Source of the DNA: Longimicrobiales bacterium
GTDB lineage: Bacteria > Gemmatimonadota > Gemmatimonadetes > Longimicrobiales > Gaopeijiaceae
DNA: 64,000 nt
Assembly: GCA_965219445.1 (NCBI GenBank)
Contig: CBDCNQ010000005.1
Coordinates: 448,001-512,000, forward strand
Direction: 5' to 3'
Shown here: piece by piece, positions 9,895 to 18,839 of the stretch
How the letters are laid out: the number at the start of each line of letters is the position of its first letter
Numbering within the stretch: the first letter of the stretch is position 1
The notes under the pieces: model-generated
Seen by the model: only the letters and a program-made list of their open reading frames with translations
Told to the model about the DNA's origin: nothing
Databases searched by the model: none
Translations under genes and position numbers: made by a program

Positions 9895-10130
9895 GGCATT
9901 CCCCCGAACTCCTTCCGCCACCGGTATTACGTCTGCTCGCTGATCCCCAGCTGGCGCCCCACCTCGCCCACCGTCTTCCCGTTCGCTAGTGCAACTTCCG
10001 CCTCCCGAAGTGCCGTGATGATCTGCTCCGGGGTATGTCGCTTCCTTCCCATCCTGACCTCCTCGCTGAAAAGCTTCAGACCAGGTCGATCCTAACATTG
10101 CACCTGGTCTCGTTTCAGGGGGTCAGGTCA
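9895..10130 (-). mobile_element. IS3-family left-end fragment with disrupted orfA
   Basis: End TGACCTGACCCCCTGAAACGAGACCA at 10130; ATG 10052 MGRKRHTPEQIITALREAE...GISEQT*YRWRKEFGG with internal TAA. Confidence 0.8.
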
Positions 10131-10538
10131 CCCGGCGCGTGCAAGCCCTTCCTGGACGAACGGGCCGGCCCGCCCGCGGACCCATTCGGCAAGGCGGGGA
10201 CGGATCGCCTTTGTCCAGCGCCTCTCCTGACTGCGCGTGAGCGGTAGCGCCTCGTCGCCGGCACCGGCAACCAGATCCGGTGCGAAGCCGCGGATGTCGT
10301 AGGTGATGTCGATGTCTTCCGAGAACCGCCGGATCGCGCGCCACACCTTGGACAAGGAGGTGCCGCCCTTGAACACCAACTGATGGCCGAACGGGGCGTC
10401 GAACAGGACGCCGAGGGTTGCGACCACCCAGATGTCTTTCTCGAGCACGAACGCCGGGTGCGGGCATTCGGCTTGAGCGGCATGCAAGGCATGACGGCGC
10501 TCTTCGGCCGCCAGGCGCTGAAACAGTGCTTCAGCCAT
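10128..10538 (-). pseudogene. AbiEii/AbiGii-family nucleotidyltransferase toxin truncated by the IS3 end
   Basis: EKDIWVV, LVFKGGTSLSK, RRFSEDIDIT; its stop codon is the first TGA of the IS end. Confidence 0.85.
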
Positions 10539-10578
10539 GCGCCAGACGCGTGCTCAGCGGCTCCGCCATCCACACCGA
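10531..10578 (-). pseudogene. Last codons of the cognate AbiEi/DUF6088-type antitoxin
   Basis: VWMAEPLSTRLAHG* overlaps the toxin start (ATGGCTGA); remainder not recognisable. Confidence 0.35.
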
Positions 10579-10939
10579 CTCTCGAAGCCCTTGATCCGTT
10601 GCCGCGGCAGGCACGGCACGCCGCTCGGCGACCGCCGCGCGCCCCGGCATGTGAAACCTGTCATTTCCGTGTGGGCGACGCCAAGTCGGCCGTGCCCGGG
10701 CCGACCTTCCGGTCGAGCCCTAAGACCCTTGACGGGAACCTCTGGCGAGCGCTGCGGAGGCTGTGTCTGCCATGCCACTGGCGGCGGCCTCCAGAGCCTC
10801 CCGGACAACGTCGGATAACTACGTGCACCACGGACACTTAGGAGATTTCCTAAGAGTTGACTTCCTGGCATGCGGGTCTTCACCGTTGTGGCCATGAAGA
10901 CGCTGAAGCAGCAGTTCAACTCGGCGGCGAGCGGAGCCA

Positions 10940-11327
10940 TCGTCCAACTGCGCGGACGCGCGATCAGGCGCTCGCGCCGTTTGGCTGAACGGGAGACAAG
11001 GCGGCGTGGATCGCGCTGGTCGGCCTCCACTGCGGGGTGTTCACCCGCGCACAGGGGGCGCGGTTCATGGACGCGCACCCCGAACAGTTGCGGCGCGGCG
11101 TGCACGCTGATCGCGCGGGGCTTGGCCGCCGAGGAGACCGTGCCCGGCATTCGGGGGGAATCGGACGGGTTTGCCGTATCTTTGCCCGGAGCCCTTTACC
11201 GGGCGCTCGGCGCCGAGGACATCCGCCACCGCCGCGACGCCTCGCCCGCCGTGCTCATGCGCCGCCTGTTTTCGCTCGACTACTTGATGGAGCACGCGAC
11301 CCGCCTTGGCTTCCCGCCGAAGCCGAG
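10940..11327 (+). pseudogene. Degenerate paralogue of the 6497-6979 protein
   Basis: Across frames: ALAPFG*...WIALVGLHCGVFTR...LYRALGAEDIRHRR...RRLFSLDY...PWLP; stop plus frameshifts. Confidence 0.75.
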
Positions 11328-11454
11328 GTGCGAGGGAAGGCCCAGGCGGGGATCCCCAAGGCGCGTGAGCACGTCGAAGAAGCCGATGCGGCGCGTTGAG
11401 CCGGAGCGTCCGCGGCTGCGGCGGACAGGCTTGTCGGCCGCCCCTAAGGCGGGA

Positions 11455-11520
11455 GAGCCAGCCTACCCTGTGTCATACACAGGGGCTGGCGAGGGACTCC
11501 GCCCCTTCGAACCCCAAGAG
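11455..11520. other. Putative oriT of the MOB_P5/ColE1-type module
   Basis: Inverted repeat CCCTGTGT-CAT-ACACAGGG next to minus-strand GCTGG^CTC (ColE1 nic is CTGG^CTT), just upstream of mobC. Confidence 0.65.
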
Positions 11521-11587
11521 ACCCGCGCTCCGGTGGAGTTCGCGCGCCGGGGCGTCGCCCCCCTTCCCTCCGTGGCGGCGCTTCCCG

Positions 11588-11926
11588 ATGGCTAAGCGCC
11601 GCACGGTCATGGTCGCCGTCCGCGTTTCGCCGATCGAGTTCGCCGACTGGCGGGCCAAGGCGGCGGCCGCCGGCGTGCCCCTGTCGGGGCTGATACGCAG
11701 GGCGATGGCGCGCACGCGGACGTGGACGGCCCCGGCGGCCGAGGTCGAGCGCGAGCGCACCCGGCAGGTCTCCCGCATCGGGAACAATCTCAACCAGATC
11801 GCCCGGTGGGCGAATACCCACAAGGGGGCGGCCGAGGCCGTCGAGGTGATCGTCCACCTGGTCCCCATCGAGCGGGCGCTCCGGGCACTGGCCCCCGTCG
11901 GAGACCCCGATCCCGATGCACATTAA
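11588..11926 (+). CDS. mobC: MobC/MbeC relaxosome accessory protein (RHH)
   Basis: VAVRVSPIEF...LSGLIR, RIGNNLNQIARWAN; overlaps the relaxase start. Confidence 0.9.
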   Translation: MAKRRTVMVAVRVSPIEFADWRAKAAAAGVPLSGLIRRAMARTRTWTAPAAEVERERTRQVSRIGNNLNQIARWANTHKGAAEAVEVIVHLVPIERALRALAPVGDPDPDAH

Positions 11927-13436
11927 ATTCTTGGCCCGCGGAACCGGCTCGGCGCGGGACGCGGCCGACTACCTCCTCGGGGAGCGGGACGCGACCGGAC
12001 AGCCGCGGGAGGGCGTCGAGGTGCTGCGGGGGAATCCCCATCAAGTGGCCGCGGTGGCCGACGCGCTGGCGTTCGAGCACAAGTACACCTCGGGCGTGAT
12101 CGCCTGGGCGCCGGACGACGAGCCGACCGACGCCGAGATCGGCGCGGTTCTCGATGACTTCGAGCAGACGGCCTGGGCCGGGCTCGAACCCGACCGCTAC
12201 GCCTGGGCCGCCGTGCTGCACCGCGAGCGCGGCGGCGGCGCTCACGTGCATGTCCTTGCTGCGCGGTGCGACCTGGAGACCGGCCGGAGCCTCAACATCG
12301 CGCCGCCGGGGTGGCGGAAGACGTTCGACCCGCTCCGCGACGCCTTCAACGCCGAGGAGGGCTGGAGCCGGCCGGATGACTCGGCGCGGGCCAGGGTGCA
12401 GCACCCCGGTCACCGCGCCTACGTCGAGGCGGCGCACCTGCGCACCGGCCTCGCGCTCGAACCTTCCCCCCGCGGCCTGATCCGCGACTACCTGCTCCAG
12501 CGTGTCGAGCACGGCACGGTACGGAATAGGGCCGATGTCGTCGCCGCCCTGCGGGAGGCGGGCCTGGAGGTGCTGCGCCAGGGCCAGGACTACCTGACGG
12601 CCCTGGATCCCGAGACCGGGGACCGGTGGCGACTGAAAGGAGAGCTGTACGCACATGACTTCAAACGCGAACGACTTGACCGAGCGGTTGCGGAGACGGC
12701 TGGAGACCGAGCGCGAGGCGATCGAGGAATTGACCGCGAGCGAGCTCGAGCGGCTCGGCGAGAACTCCAGGCGCGTCGCGAGCAACGCGTTGCGTACCAT
12801 CGAGCGCGATACGGCGGTCGCCACCGGTCGGATGCGAGCCCTCCTGCTCAAGGCTTGGCTCCGGCCCCTGCTCGTCGGCCTGAGCCTCTGGCTCGGCATC
12901 TGTGGCGGGAGCTGGGCGACGCTGCACTGGCTGTCGACGCGCATCGAGGCCCGGATCGAGACGGCCGCCGCCCTCGACCTGGATATCGGGGAGGCACGCC
13001 AGACCCTGGAGCGGCTCGAGACGGGCACTTGGGGGATCGCGCTTCGGGAGATCGAGGGGGAGCGGTTCGTGGTGCTGCCGGCCGGCGCGCTCGCCTATCC
13101 GCCCTGGACCGTGGACACTCGGCCGGCCGTGAAGCTGTCGAACGAGTGAAGGAGCTCTATGACCGCGTTAGAACAGCAGTTGACGAAGGCCTTGCGGGCG
13201 TTGTCCGCGCAGTACGAGATGGAACAGCGGCGGCACTCCGAGCAGGTCGAAGCCTTGCGGCAGCGTGTCGAGCGGCAGACCGGGGAGAACGAAGCCTTGC
13301 AGAGGCGAATCGAGCGGCTCGACGGGCAAGTGACACGCTTGGCCGAGTACTGCAGGATGCTCGCCGCGAAATCGCGCGGCCTCCGCATCTGATGCGCCGC
13401 CGCGGGCCGGAGCGCGATCATGGTCCGAGCCGCTGA
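11916..13436 (+). CDS. MbeA-like MOB_P relaxase
   Basis: MHIKFLARGTG...ADYLLGE, VEVLRGNP, KYTSGVIAW, HRERGGGAHVH, DLETGRSLN, WSRPDD, WRLKGELY; Arg-rich tail overlaps two nested genes. Confidence 0.9.
   Translation: MHIKFLARGTGSARDAADYLLGERDATGQPREGVEVLRGNPHQVAAVADALAFEHKYTSGVIAWAPDDEPTDAEIGAVLDDFEQTAWAGLEPDRYAWAAVLHRERGGGAHVHVLAARCDLETGRSLNIAPPGWRKTFDPLRDAFNAEEGWSRPDDSARARVQHPGHRAYVEAAHLRTGLALEPSPRGLIRDYLLQRVEHGTVRNRADVVAALREAGLEVLRQGQDYLTALDPETGDRWRLKGELYAHDFKRERLDRAVAETAGDRARGDRGIDRERARAARRELQARREQRVAYHRARYGGRHRSDASPPAQGLAPAPARRPEPLARHLWRELGDAALAVDAHRGPDRDGRRPRPGYRGGTPDPGAARDGHLGDRASGDRGGAVRGAAGRRARLSALDRGHSAGREAVERVKELYDRVRTAVDEGLAGVVRAVRDGTAAALRAGRSLAAACRAADRGERSLAEANRAARRASDTLGRVLQDARREIARPPHLMRRRGPERDHGPSR
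12655..13149 (+). CDS. MbeB-like mobilisation protein nested in the relaxase gene (alternative frame)
   Basis: Coiled N-terminus, single TM, C-terminal TWGIALREIEGERFVVLP; AAAGGAG upstream; same layout as ColE1 mbeB. Confidence 0.75.
   Translation: MTSNANDLTERLRRRLETEREAIEELTASELERLGENSRRVASNALRTIERDTAVATGRMRALLLKAWLRPLLVGLSLWLGICGGSWATLHWLSTRIEARIETAAALDLDIGEARQTLERLETGTWGIALREIEGERFVVLPAGALAYPPWTVDTRPAVKLSNE
13159..13392 (+). CDS. MbeD/MobD-like coiled-coil protein nested in the relaxase gene
   Basis: MTALEQQLTKALRALSAQY...ENEALQRRIERLDGQV; AAGGAG RBS. Confidence 0.8.
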   Translation: MTALEQQLTKALRALSAQYEMEQRRHSEQVEALRQRVERQTGENEALQRRIERLDGQVTRLAEYCRMLAAKSRGLRI

Positions 13437-13571
13437 CGATCACGTCAAGTCGCTTCCGGCCCGAACGCCGCAACGGGCGGCGCGCCAACAACCACCCGTC
13501 TGGCGGAGATGCCTTCCCGGCGCGAAGTTTCAACCGTGCAGATCGTGCAGTCCATCATGGAGAGGAATCGA

Positions 13572-14735
13572 ATGATGGCACGCACGAAACGAAGTCGGCG
13601 CAGCTATGGCGTCGGCGAATGGGGCCGGAATCGGGTGAGGGTGTTCCCCGATCCCAAAACCGGCCTGTTCCAGATAGAGTGGCGCGAGAACGGGCGCAGG
13701 CTGACCCGGTCGCTCAAGCACCGCGACTGGGCTCGGTCCAAGAGGCAGGCGGACGAGGTTGCCGCTGGCTTCGCGGTCCACGAGCCCGCTGGCAAGGCCG
13801 AAGCCGAACCAGAGCCGCTCACTCTGGGTACGCTTTTTGACATATACGGTGAGGAGGTGACGCCGACCAAGGCCGACCGGACACGGCCGCGCGACCGGGT
13901 CGCGACCACGATGTTCCTCCGCTTCTTCGGACGGGACCGGGACCCGGCGACGCTTTCCCAGCGCGACTGGGACCGGTTCATCCGGGAGCGGCGCGCGGGC
14001 AGGGCCGGCATCTCGGGTGAGCCCGTGAGCAACCGGACGATCGAAGGAGACCTGACGTTCCTGATGGCGGTGCTCAACTGGGCCGCAAGGTCGAGGGACG
14101 AGCAGGGCCGCCTGCTCCTCGACAGGAACCCGCTGAAGGGCCTCAGGAAGCCCAGGGAGAAGAACCCCACCCGCGTCGTGCTCGATGAAGAGGAGTATCG
14201 GACGCTGCTCGGGGTTTCCCGGCAGGTCAATTGGCGATTCCACGTCGCGCTCGCGCTCGCGCACGAGACCGGGCACCGGATCGGAGCCATCCGACAGCTC
14301 CGGTGGTCGGACATCGACCTCGAAGGCATGACCATCCGGTGGCGGGCGAAGCACGAGAAGAACGGCTACGAACACACCACGCCGGTGACGGCCGAGGCGA
14401 TAGCGGCGTTGGAAGAGGCGCGACGGATGAGCAGCGGGACGGGAGACGCTCCGGTGCTGCCCGCCGGGACGGATGCCTCCAGATGCATGGGTCGCGGATG
14501 GGCGTACCGGCTGTGGCGCAGGGCGGAGGCCCTCGCGGGGATGGAGCGCAAGGGCGGACGTGGCTGGCACTCGCTTAGGCGGAAGTTTGCGACCGACCTG
14601 ATGGACCTGCCGCTCAAGGTGCTCTGCGACTTGGGCGGATGGAAGAACGCACACACGGTGCTCAGATGCTATCAGAGAGCCGACGAGGGACAACTCAGGA
14701 AGGCTCTGGAAGGCCGCACGCGGGTTCGCGGCTGA
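13572..14735 (+). CDS. Tyrosine recombinase/integrase (copy 1)
   Basis: ETGHRIGAI, WHSLRRKF, LGGWK, RCY catalytic motifs; GAGG RBS. Confidence 0.9.
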   Translation: MMARTKRSRRSYGVGEWGRNRVRVFPDPKTGLFQIEWRENGRRLTRSLKHRDWARSKRQADEVAAGFAVHEPAGKAEAEPEPLTLGTLFDIYGEEVTPTKADRTRPRDRVATTMFLRFFGRDRDPATLSQRDWDRFIRERRAGRAGISGEPVSNRTIEGDLTFLMAVLNWAARSRDEQGRLLLDRNPLKGLRKPREKNPTRVVLDEEEYRTLLGVSRQVNWRFHVALALAHETGHRIGAIRQLRWSDIDLEGMTIRWRAKHEKNGYEHTTPVTAEAIAALEEARRMSSGTGDAPVLPAGTDASRCMGRGWAYRLWRRAEALAGMERKGGRGWHSLRRKFATDLMDLPLKVLCDLGGWKNAHTVLRCYQRADEGQLRKALEGRTRVRG

Positions 14736-14739
14736 GATC

Positions 14740-14822
14740 CCAATCGGCGGGAATCAAACAGCGGGAACCGGACCGACGAATCCCGTAAGTGACACGTTCA
14801 CAAACAGATACAAATCTGATGA
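14740..14822. other. Candidate attachment-site region downstream of integrase 1
   Basis: Direct repeats CGGCGGGAATC/CAGCGGGAACC, then an AT-rich tract starting CGTAAGTGAC that abuts the cut end of integrase 2. Confidence 0.45.
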
Positions 14823-15932
14823 TGCCTGCTGGTAGCACTGGAGCACTGTCTTGGCCTCCTTCCAGCCGCCGAGTTCGCAGAGCACCTTGAGCGGCTGGTC
14901 CATGAGGTCGGAGGCGAACTTCCGCCTCAGTGAGTGCCAGCCGCGCCCACGCTTGGGTTCCAGCCCTGCGAGCACCTCGGCCTTCTCCCACCAGTCGCGG
15001 ATCGGCCACTGGCCCACGCACATCGAGGCATCCTTGGGCGCGGGTAACACCGGAAGGTCCCCGATCCCGGGGTTCCGCCACCGCGCCTCTTCGAGGACGC
15101 CGAGCGCTTCGGCACTCACCGGGGTCCGGTGCTCGTAGCCGGTCTTCTCATGCTCGCCTCGCCACCGGATGACACGAGCTTCCATGTCGATGTCGGACCA
15201 TCGCAACTGACGGATGGCACCGATGCGGTGTCCCGTCTCGTGCGCGAGCATGAGAGCGACGTGAAAGCGCCAGTCCACCTCCACGGACACCCGAAGCATG
15301 GCCTCGTATTCCGCCTCAGTGAGCAGCACCCGGGTAGGATTCTTCTCTTTCGGCGTCTTGAGGCCCCTGAGGGGGTTGGACTCGAGCAAGAGCCTTCCCC
15401 TCTCGTCCCTCGACCTCGCGGCCCAGTTGAGGACCGAGAGCAGGAACTTGAGGTCCCGTTCGATCGTCCGGTTGGCCACCGGCTTGCCGCTGCGGCCGGC
15501 TCTGCCCGCGCGCCGCTCCCGGATGAACCGGTCCCAGTCGCGCTGGGACAGCGTGGCGGGGTCGCGGTTCCGTCCGAAGCATCCGAGGAACGTCCCCATT
15601 GTGGCTCTGTCGTACCTCTGGGACGGCTTCGTCTTGGTGGGCGTCACCTCTTCACCGTAGATGTCAAAAAGCGTCTCCAGGGTGAGCGGCTCGGGCTCGG
15701 CTTCGGCCTTGCCATGCATCTCCGGCCCGGCGAAGCCAGCGGCGAACTCGTCCGCCTGCGTCTTGGCCCGTCTCCAGTCGTGGTGCTTCAGCGACCTTGT
15801 GAGTCTGCGCCCGTTCTCGCGCCACTCGATCTGGAACAGGCCGGTCTTGGGATCGGGAAAGACCCGTACCCGGTTCCGGCCCCATTCGCCGGCGCCGTAG
15901 GAGCGCCGGATAGGTTTCGTGCGTGCCATCAT
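14754..15932 (-). CDS. Tyrosine recombinase/integrase (copy 2), native C-terminus lost after YQQA
   Basis: Close paralogue of 13572-14735 throughout; alignment stops near 14823, three codons after the catalytic Tyr. Confidence 0.88.
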   Translation of the reverse strand: MMARTKPIRRSYGAGEWGRNRVRVFPDPKTGLFQIEWRENGRRLTRSLKHHDWRRAKTQADEFAAGFAGPEMHGKAEAEPEPLTLETLFDIYGEEVTPTKTKPSQRYDRATMGTFLGCFGRNRDPATLSQRDWDRFIRERRAGRAGRSGKPVANRTIERDLKFLLSVLNWAARSRDERGRLLLESNPLRGLKTPKEKNPTRVLLTEAEYEAMLRVSVEVDWRFHVALMLAHETGHRIGAIRQLRWSDIDMEARVIRWRGEHEKTGYEHRTPVSAEALGVLEEARWRNPGIGDLPVLPAPKDASMCVGQWPIRDWWEKAEVLAGLEPKRGRGWHSLRRKFASDLMDQPLKVLCELGGWKEAKTVLQCYQQASSDLYLFVNVSLTGFVGPVPAV

Positions 15933-16375
15933 TCGATTCCTCTCTCGATGATGGACTGCACGATCTGCGCGTTGGAAACTTCGCCTCGGCGATGCTTTTC
16001 CACCAGTCGCGGTGTGGCTGGCGCCTGGGTCTTCCGTGGCAGGATCGAGCGGGCGATCCTGGGCGCGCCGGGTCTTCCGGCGTTGGGGATCCTGCCGTCG
16101 CGCACGAGGCGGCCGAGATGGTCAGCGGAGTAGCCGCTCTCCCTGGCTGCCTCCGTCAGCGAGAGGGTGGTCTCGTCCCTCTCCCTGAGCGTGGCCTCGA
16201 GCTCGGCCGCGCAGCTTTCGAGCGCGACGGCCGGCGTCTCGCCCCCGTACCGGCGGAGCGCCTTGGCCTGCGTCCGCCAGGTGACTGGCAGGGTCTCGAC
16301 GGACGCGCCGCGAGGTGTGCGCGCACGTTTGGGTCGATCTCGTCGGCCCGCCGCGCGCCCGGTCTCCGCGTTCAT
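15929..16375 (-). CDS. HTH excisionase-like protein
   Basis: LSLTEAARESGYSADHLGRLVRDGRIP; ATGA overlaps at both ends; directly upstream of the integrase. Confidence 0.65.
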   Translation of the reverse strand: MNAETGRAAGRRDRPKRARTPRGASVETLPVTWRTQAKALRRYGGETPAVALESCAAELEATLRERDETTLSLTEAARESGYSADHLGRLVRDGRIPNAGRPGAPRIARSILPRKTQAPATPRLVEKHRRGEVSNAQIVQSIIERGIE

Positions 16376-16686
16376 TCCCAGTCGCCCTCGGCGTCTCTGC
16401 GGAGCGCGTCGGTGAGGGCCGGGTCGCCCTCGCCGCGCCGAACGGAGCGTTCGGCGAGATCGACGCGCCGGCCGAGGTCGGCGAGCCCGGCGGCGCGTGC
16501 GACGGCGTAGATGGCGGCCGCAACGGCTGCGAGTGCCAGCCCGGCGTGCACTGCGATCAAGACGCCGTGTTCGGCGAGGAGGAGCGGCCAATACGGCGCG
16601 AGGTATTCGAGGCGCGGCCCGGCGAGAAGGATGGCCGAACCGGCGATGGCGGCGGTGAGGCCGGCGCTGATTTTCCAGGGTTGCAT
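16372..16686 (-). CDS. Small membrane protein
   Basis: Two hydrophobic segments; RBS; operonic position. Confidence 0.6.
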   Translation of the reverse strand: MQPWKISAGLTAAIAGSAILLAGPRLEYLAPYWPLLLAEHGVLIAVHAGLALAAVAAAIYAVARAAGLADLGRRVDLAERSVRRGEGDPALTDALRRDAEGDWE

Positions 16687-16704
16687 GGCGGGCCTCTCCC
16701 GTAG

Positions 16705-17607
16705 TCAGAGTTCGACTGCGGCCGGATCGCGGTCGGCGGGTCCCCGGAGCGAGGAGCGGTCGCCGCCGCCGCCCAGGCCGAGCGTGCGCAGCAGCCGCGC
16801 CGCGGCCGGTCCGTTGGCGTGGAGCGCGAACCCGGCCGCCGCTTTCGCCTTGATGGCCCCTTCGCGGTAGTTGCCGGACGCGACCTCGATGTTGACGCGT
16901 CCAGCTCGCCCGTCGGCATCGGCGTACTCGATCTGGGCGTCCGGGTAGAGCACGTGCCCTTCGTCGTCGAGGGGGAGTCCGAGTTCGCCGGCGGTGCGGT
17001 GCCGTTCGGCATCGGCGGCCCGCTTGCCGTCCTTCAGCCGCGCCGCCTCGCTGCCGCGCGCGACGGCGCTCTTGAGTTCGGTGTCGAGCCGGATGCGCCG
17101 CACTGCTGCGCCCCGGTCGAGCAGCCGCTGTTTCTCCTTCATGCAGGCGCGGTAGACGGCGGTGTCGTGCGCGGCCTCGGCAGGCCGGGTGCGTGCGAAC
17201 CGGATTTCCTGGCTGGGATCGATTCCCCGTTCGGCTGCCCGCTTCCGAGCTTCGGCCACGCCGCTGCGGGTGAGCGTCAGGACCTTGAACGGGTTGCCCT
17301 TGGGTCCGGTGGCCGTGGTCTCGGTGACGAGCCCTTCGCGGACCCAGGCGTTCACGGCCCGCCGGGTGGTGTAGGGGTGTCCGCCGAAGTGGGCCTCGGC
17401 CAGATCGCGGTACGAGACGGCGCCGTAGACGCCGATGTCGGCGAGCCCGCGCGCGCACCGTTCGGGGAAGGAGGTGGACCCGCGGTCCCTGCTCGCGGCG
17501 TATTCTCGGCGATGGCCGTCCCGCATGCGGTAGCGATTGCGGCTGGGTGGCGCGGCGGTCCGCGGGTCCGGTTCGACCGTGCGGTCGAACATCTCCTGGC
17601 TCCTCAC
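16705..17607 (-). CDS. Replic_Relax/MOB_C-like relaxase candidate (wHTH + PD-(D/E)xK-like domain)
   Basis: N-terminal wHTH (TRRAVNAWVREGLV, VLTLTRSG), AHD, then YPDAQIEY...NIEVASGNY...KAK; no HUH motif; same operon as T4CP/VirB11. Confidence 0.55.
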   Translation of the reverse strand: MRSQEMFDRTVEPDPRTAAPPSRNRYRMRDGHRREYAASRDRGSTSFPERCARGLADIGVYGAVSYRDLAEAHFGGHPYTTRRAVNAWVREGLVTETTATGPKGNPFKVLTLTRSGVAEARKRAAERGIDPSQEIRFARTRPAEAAHDTAVYRACMKEKQRLLDRGAAVRRIRLDTELKSAVARGSEAARLKDGKRAADAERHRTAGELGLPLDDEGHVLYPDAQIEYADADGRAGRVNIEVASGNYREGAIKAKAAAGFALHANGPAAARLLRTLGLGGGGDRSSLRGPADRDPAAVEL

Positions 17608-17613
17608 CGACCG

Positions 17614-18642
17614 TCAGCGGCGCGGCCCGAAGGTCCGCTGCGGCACGGGGAGCGGCGGCACGGGATGGACGATCTGCCCCGGCGCGGGCGCGCGGGTCGC
17701 GGCCACGGCCGCGGGTTCGCGCACGGCCTCGCGCTCGCGGTGCCGCGAGAGCACGAAGTCGGAGATCTTCTGCGAGTCGGCGGCGGCGCGGCGGATCTCG
17801 CGGGGGTCCTCCTCGAGTGCGGCGATCCAGCCCTCGACGTACGCGGCGCCCCGGCTCGGGTCATGGCCGACGCCCGCGCGCTCGCCCGTCATCATGGCAC
17901 TGATTTCGGCGCGGAGCTCCTCCTTCGCATAGGCCGGCGAGGCGAACCCTTCAGAGATCCCTTGGGTGAGCGTCTCGCGGTTCATGCGTTCCGGGTGGCC
18001 GGTGCTGTGCCCCAGCTCGTGTAGCGCGGTCTGGTAGTAGTGGTTGGCGGAGGGGAACTGTCCACGCTCGGGCAGCACGATCTCGTCGCGGTTCAGGTTG
18101 TAGAACGCCCGGTCGCCCGCCACGTGACGGACGGGGACCCCGCTGTCCTCGAGGACGCGTTCGGCCTCCTGGTGGACCTTCCAGAGCGGCTCGGCGGTGG
18201 GGTTGGCGCGCGCGGGCAGCCCGTCGGCCTGCTCGGCGTTGAACACGGTGTACTGGCGGACGACGGGCGCCTTGAGGCGCTCGTGGCGGTAAACGCGCTT
18301 GCCTTCGTTGTCCCTCTTGGGCCGCCCGCGCTCGTCGTTGACGGCGAACTTCCGGTGGTCCTGGAACGAGAGGATGCGAGTGCCCTGCTCGCCCTTGCGC
18401 ACCTGTCCGTCCCGGGCTTGGATCTGGCGGTAGGTGCCCCAGCGCACGTCGCCGTAGCCGCGCTCCTGGGCCACGGCGGCGAGATGCAGGCTGTTCCCGC
18501 CCCTGTAGGAGCGGCCCGTATCGACGTTGGAGGGGAGCACGCGCTCGCCCGGCCCCCAGGGCTTCTGCCAGAGCGCGGTGCCCTGGCGGATCTGCTCGAT
18601 GATGGCGTCGGCGAACTGGCGGTGATATTCGTCGTGTTTCAT
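17614..18642 (-). CDS. ardC: ArdC-family antirestriction protein (ssDNA-binding + zincin-like domain)
   Basis: WQKPW, YRGGN, WGTYRQIQ...QVRKGEQG, YTVFNAEQ, HELGHSTGH, YAKEELRAEI. Confidence 0.92.
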   Translation of the reverse strand: MKHDEYHRQFADAIIEQIRQGTALWQKPWGPGERVLPSNVDTGRSYRGGNSLHLAAVAQERGYGDVRWGTYRQIQARDGQVRKGEQGTRILSFQDHRKFAVNDERGRPKRDNEGKRVYRHERLKAPVVRQYTVFNAEQADGLPARANPTAEPLWKVHQEAERVLEDSGVPVRHVAGDRAFYNLNRDEIVLPERGQFPSANHYYQTALHELGHSTGHPERMNRETLTQGISEGFASPAYAKEELRAEISAMMTGERAGVGHDPSRGAAYVEGWIAALEEDPREIRRAAADSQKISDFVLSRHREREAVREPAAVAATRAPAPGQIVHPVPPLPVPQRTFGPRR

Positions 18643-18839
18643 AGCTCTTCCTCCTCGGGGCCGTGCGGATCCTCTGCGGCGTCGCGGATCTCGTCCTCGC
18701 TGCCCACGTCCTCGGAGAAGAGGCCGTACTCTTCGGCCAGCGAAGCCGGCACCTCGAGCGCCTCGCCTCCGTCGCGCGCGAGCTCGCGGTCGAAGCCGTC
18801 GAGCGTCTCGACGCGAACGATGTTCTCGTCGCCTTTCAT
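18639..18839 (-). CDS. Small highly acidic protein
   Basis: AAGGAGG RBS; ATGA overlaps with virB11 and ardC; 23 of 66 residues are D/E. Confidence 0.65.
   Translation of the reverse strand: MKGDENIVRVETLDGFDRELARDGGEALEVPASLAEEYGLFSEDVGSEDEIRDAAEDPHGPEEEEL

Noticed and set aside
9310..10098. 262-aa ORF as a single gene
   Set aside because: Chimera running through an IS3 fragment and an IS21 end into the portal-like fragment
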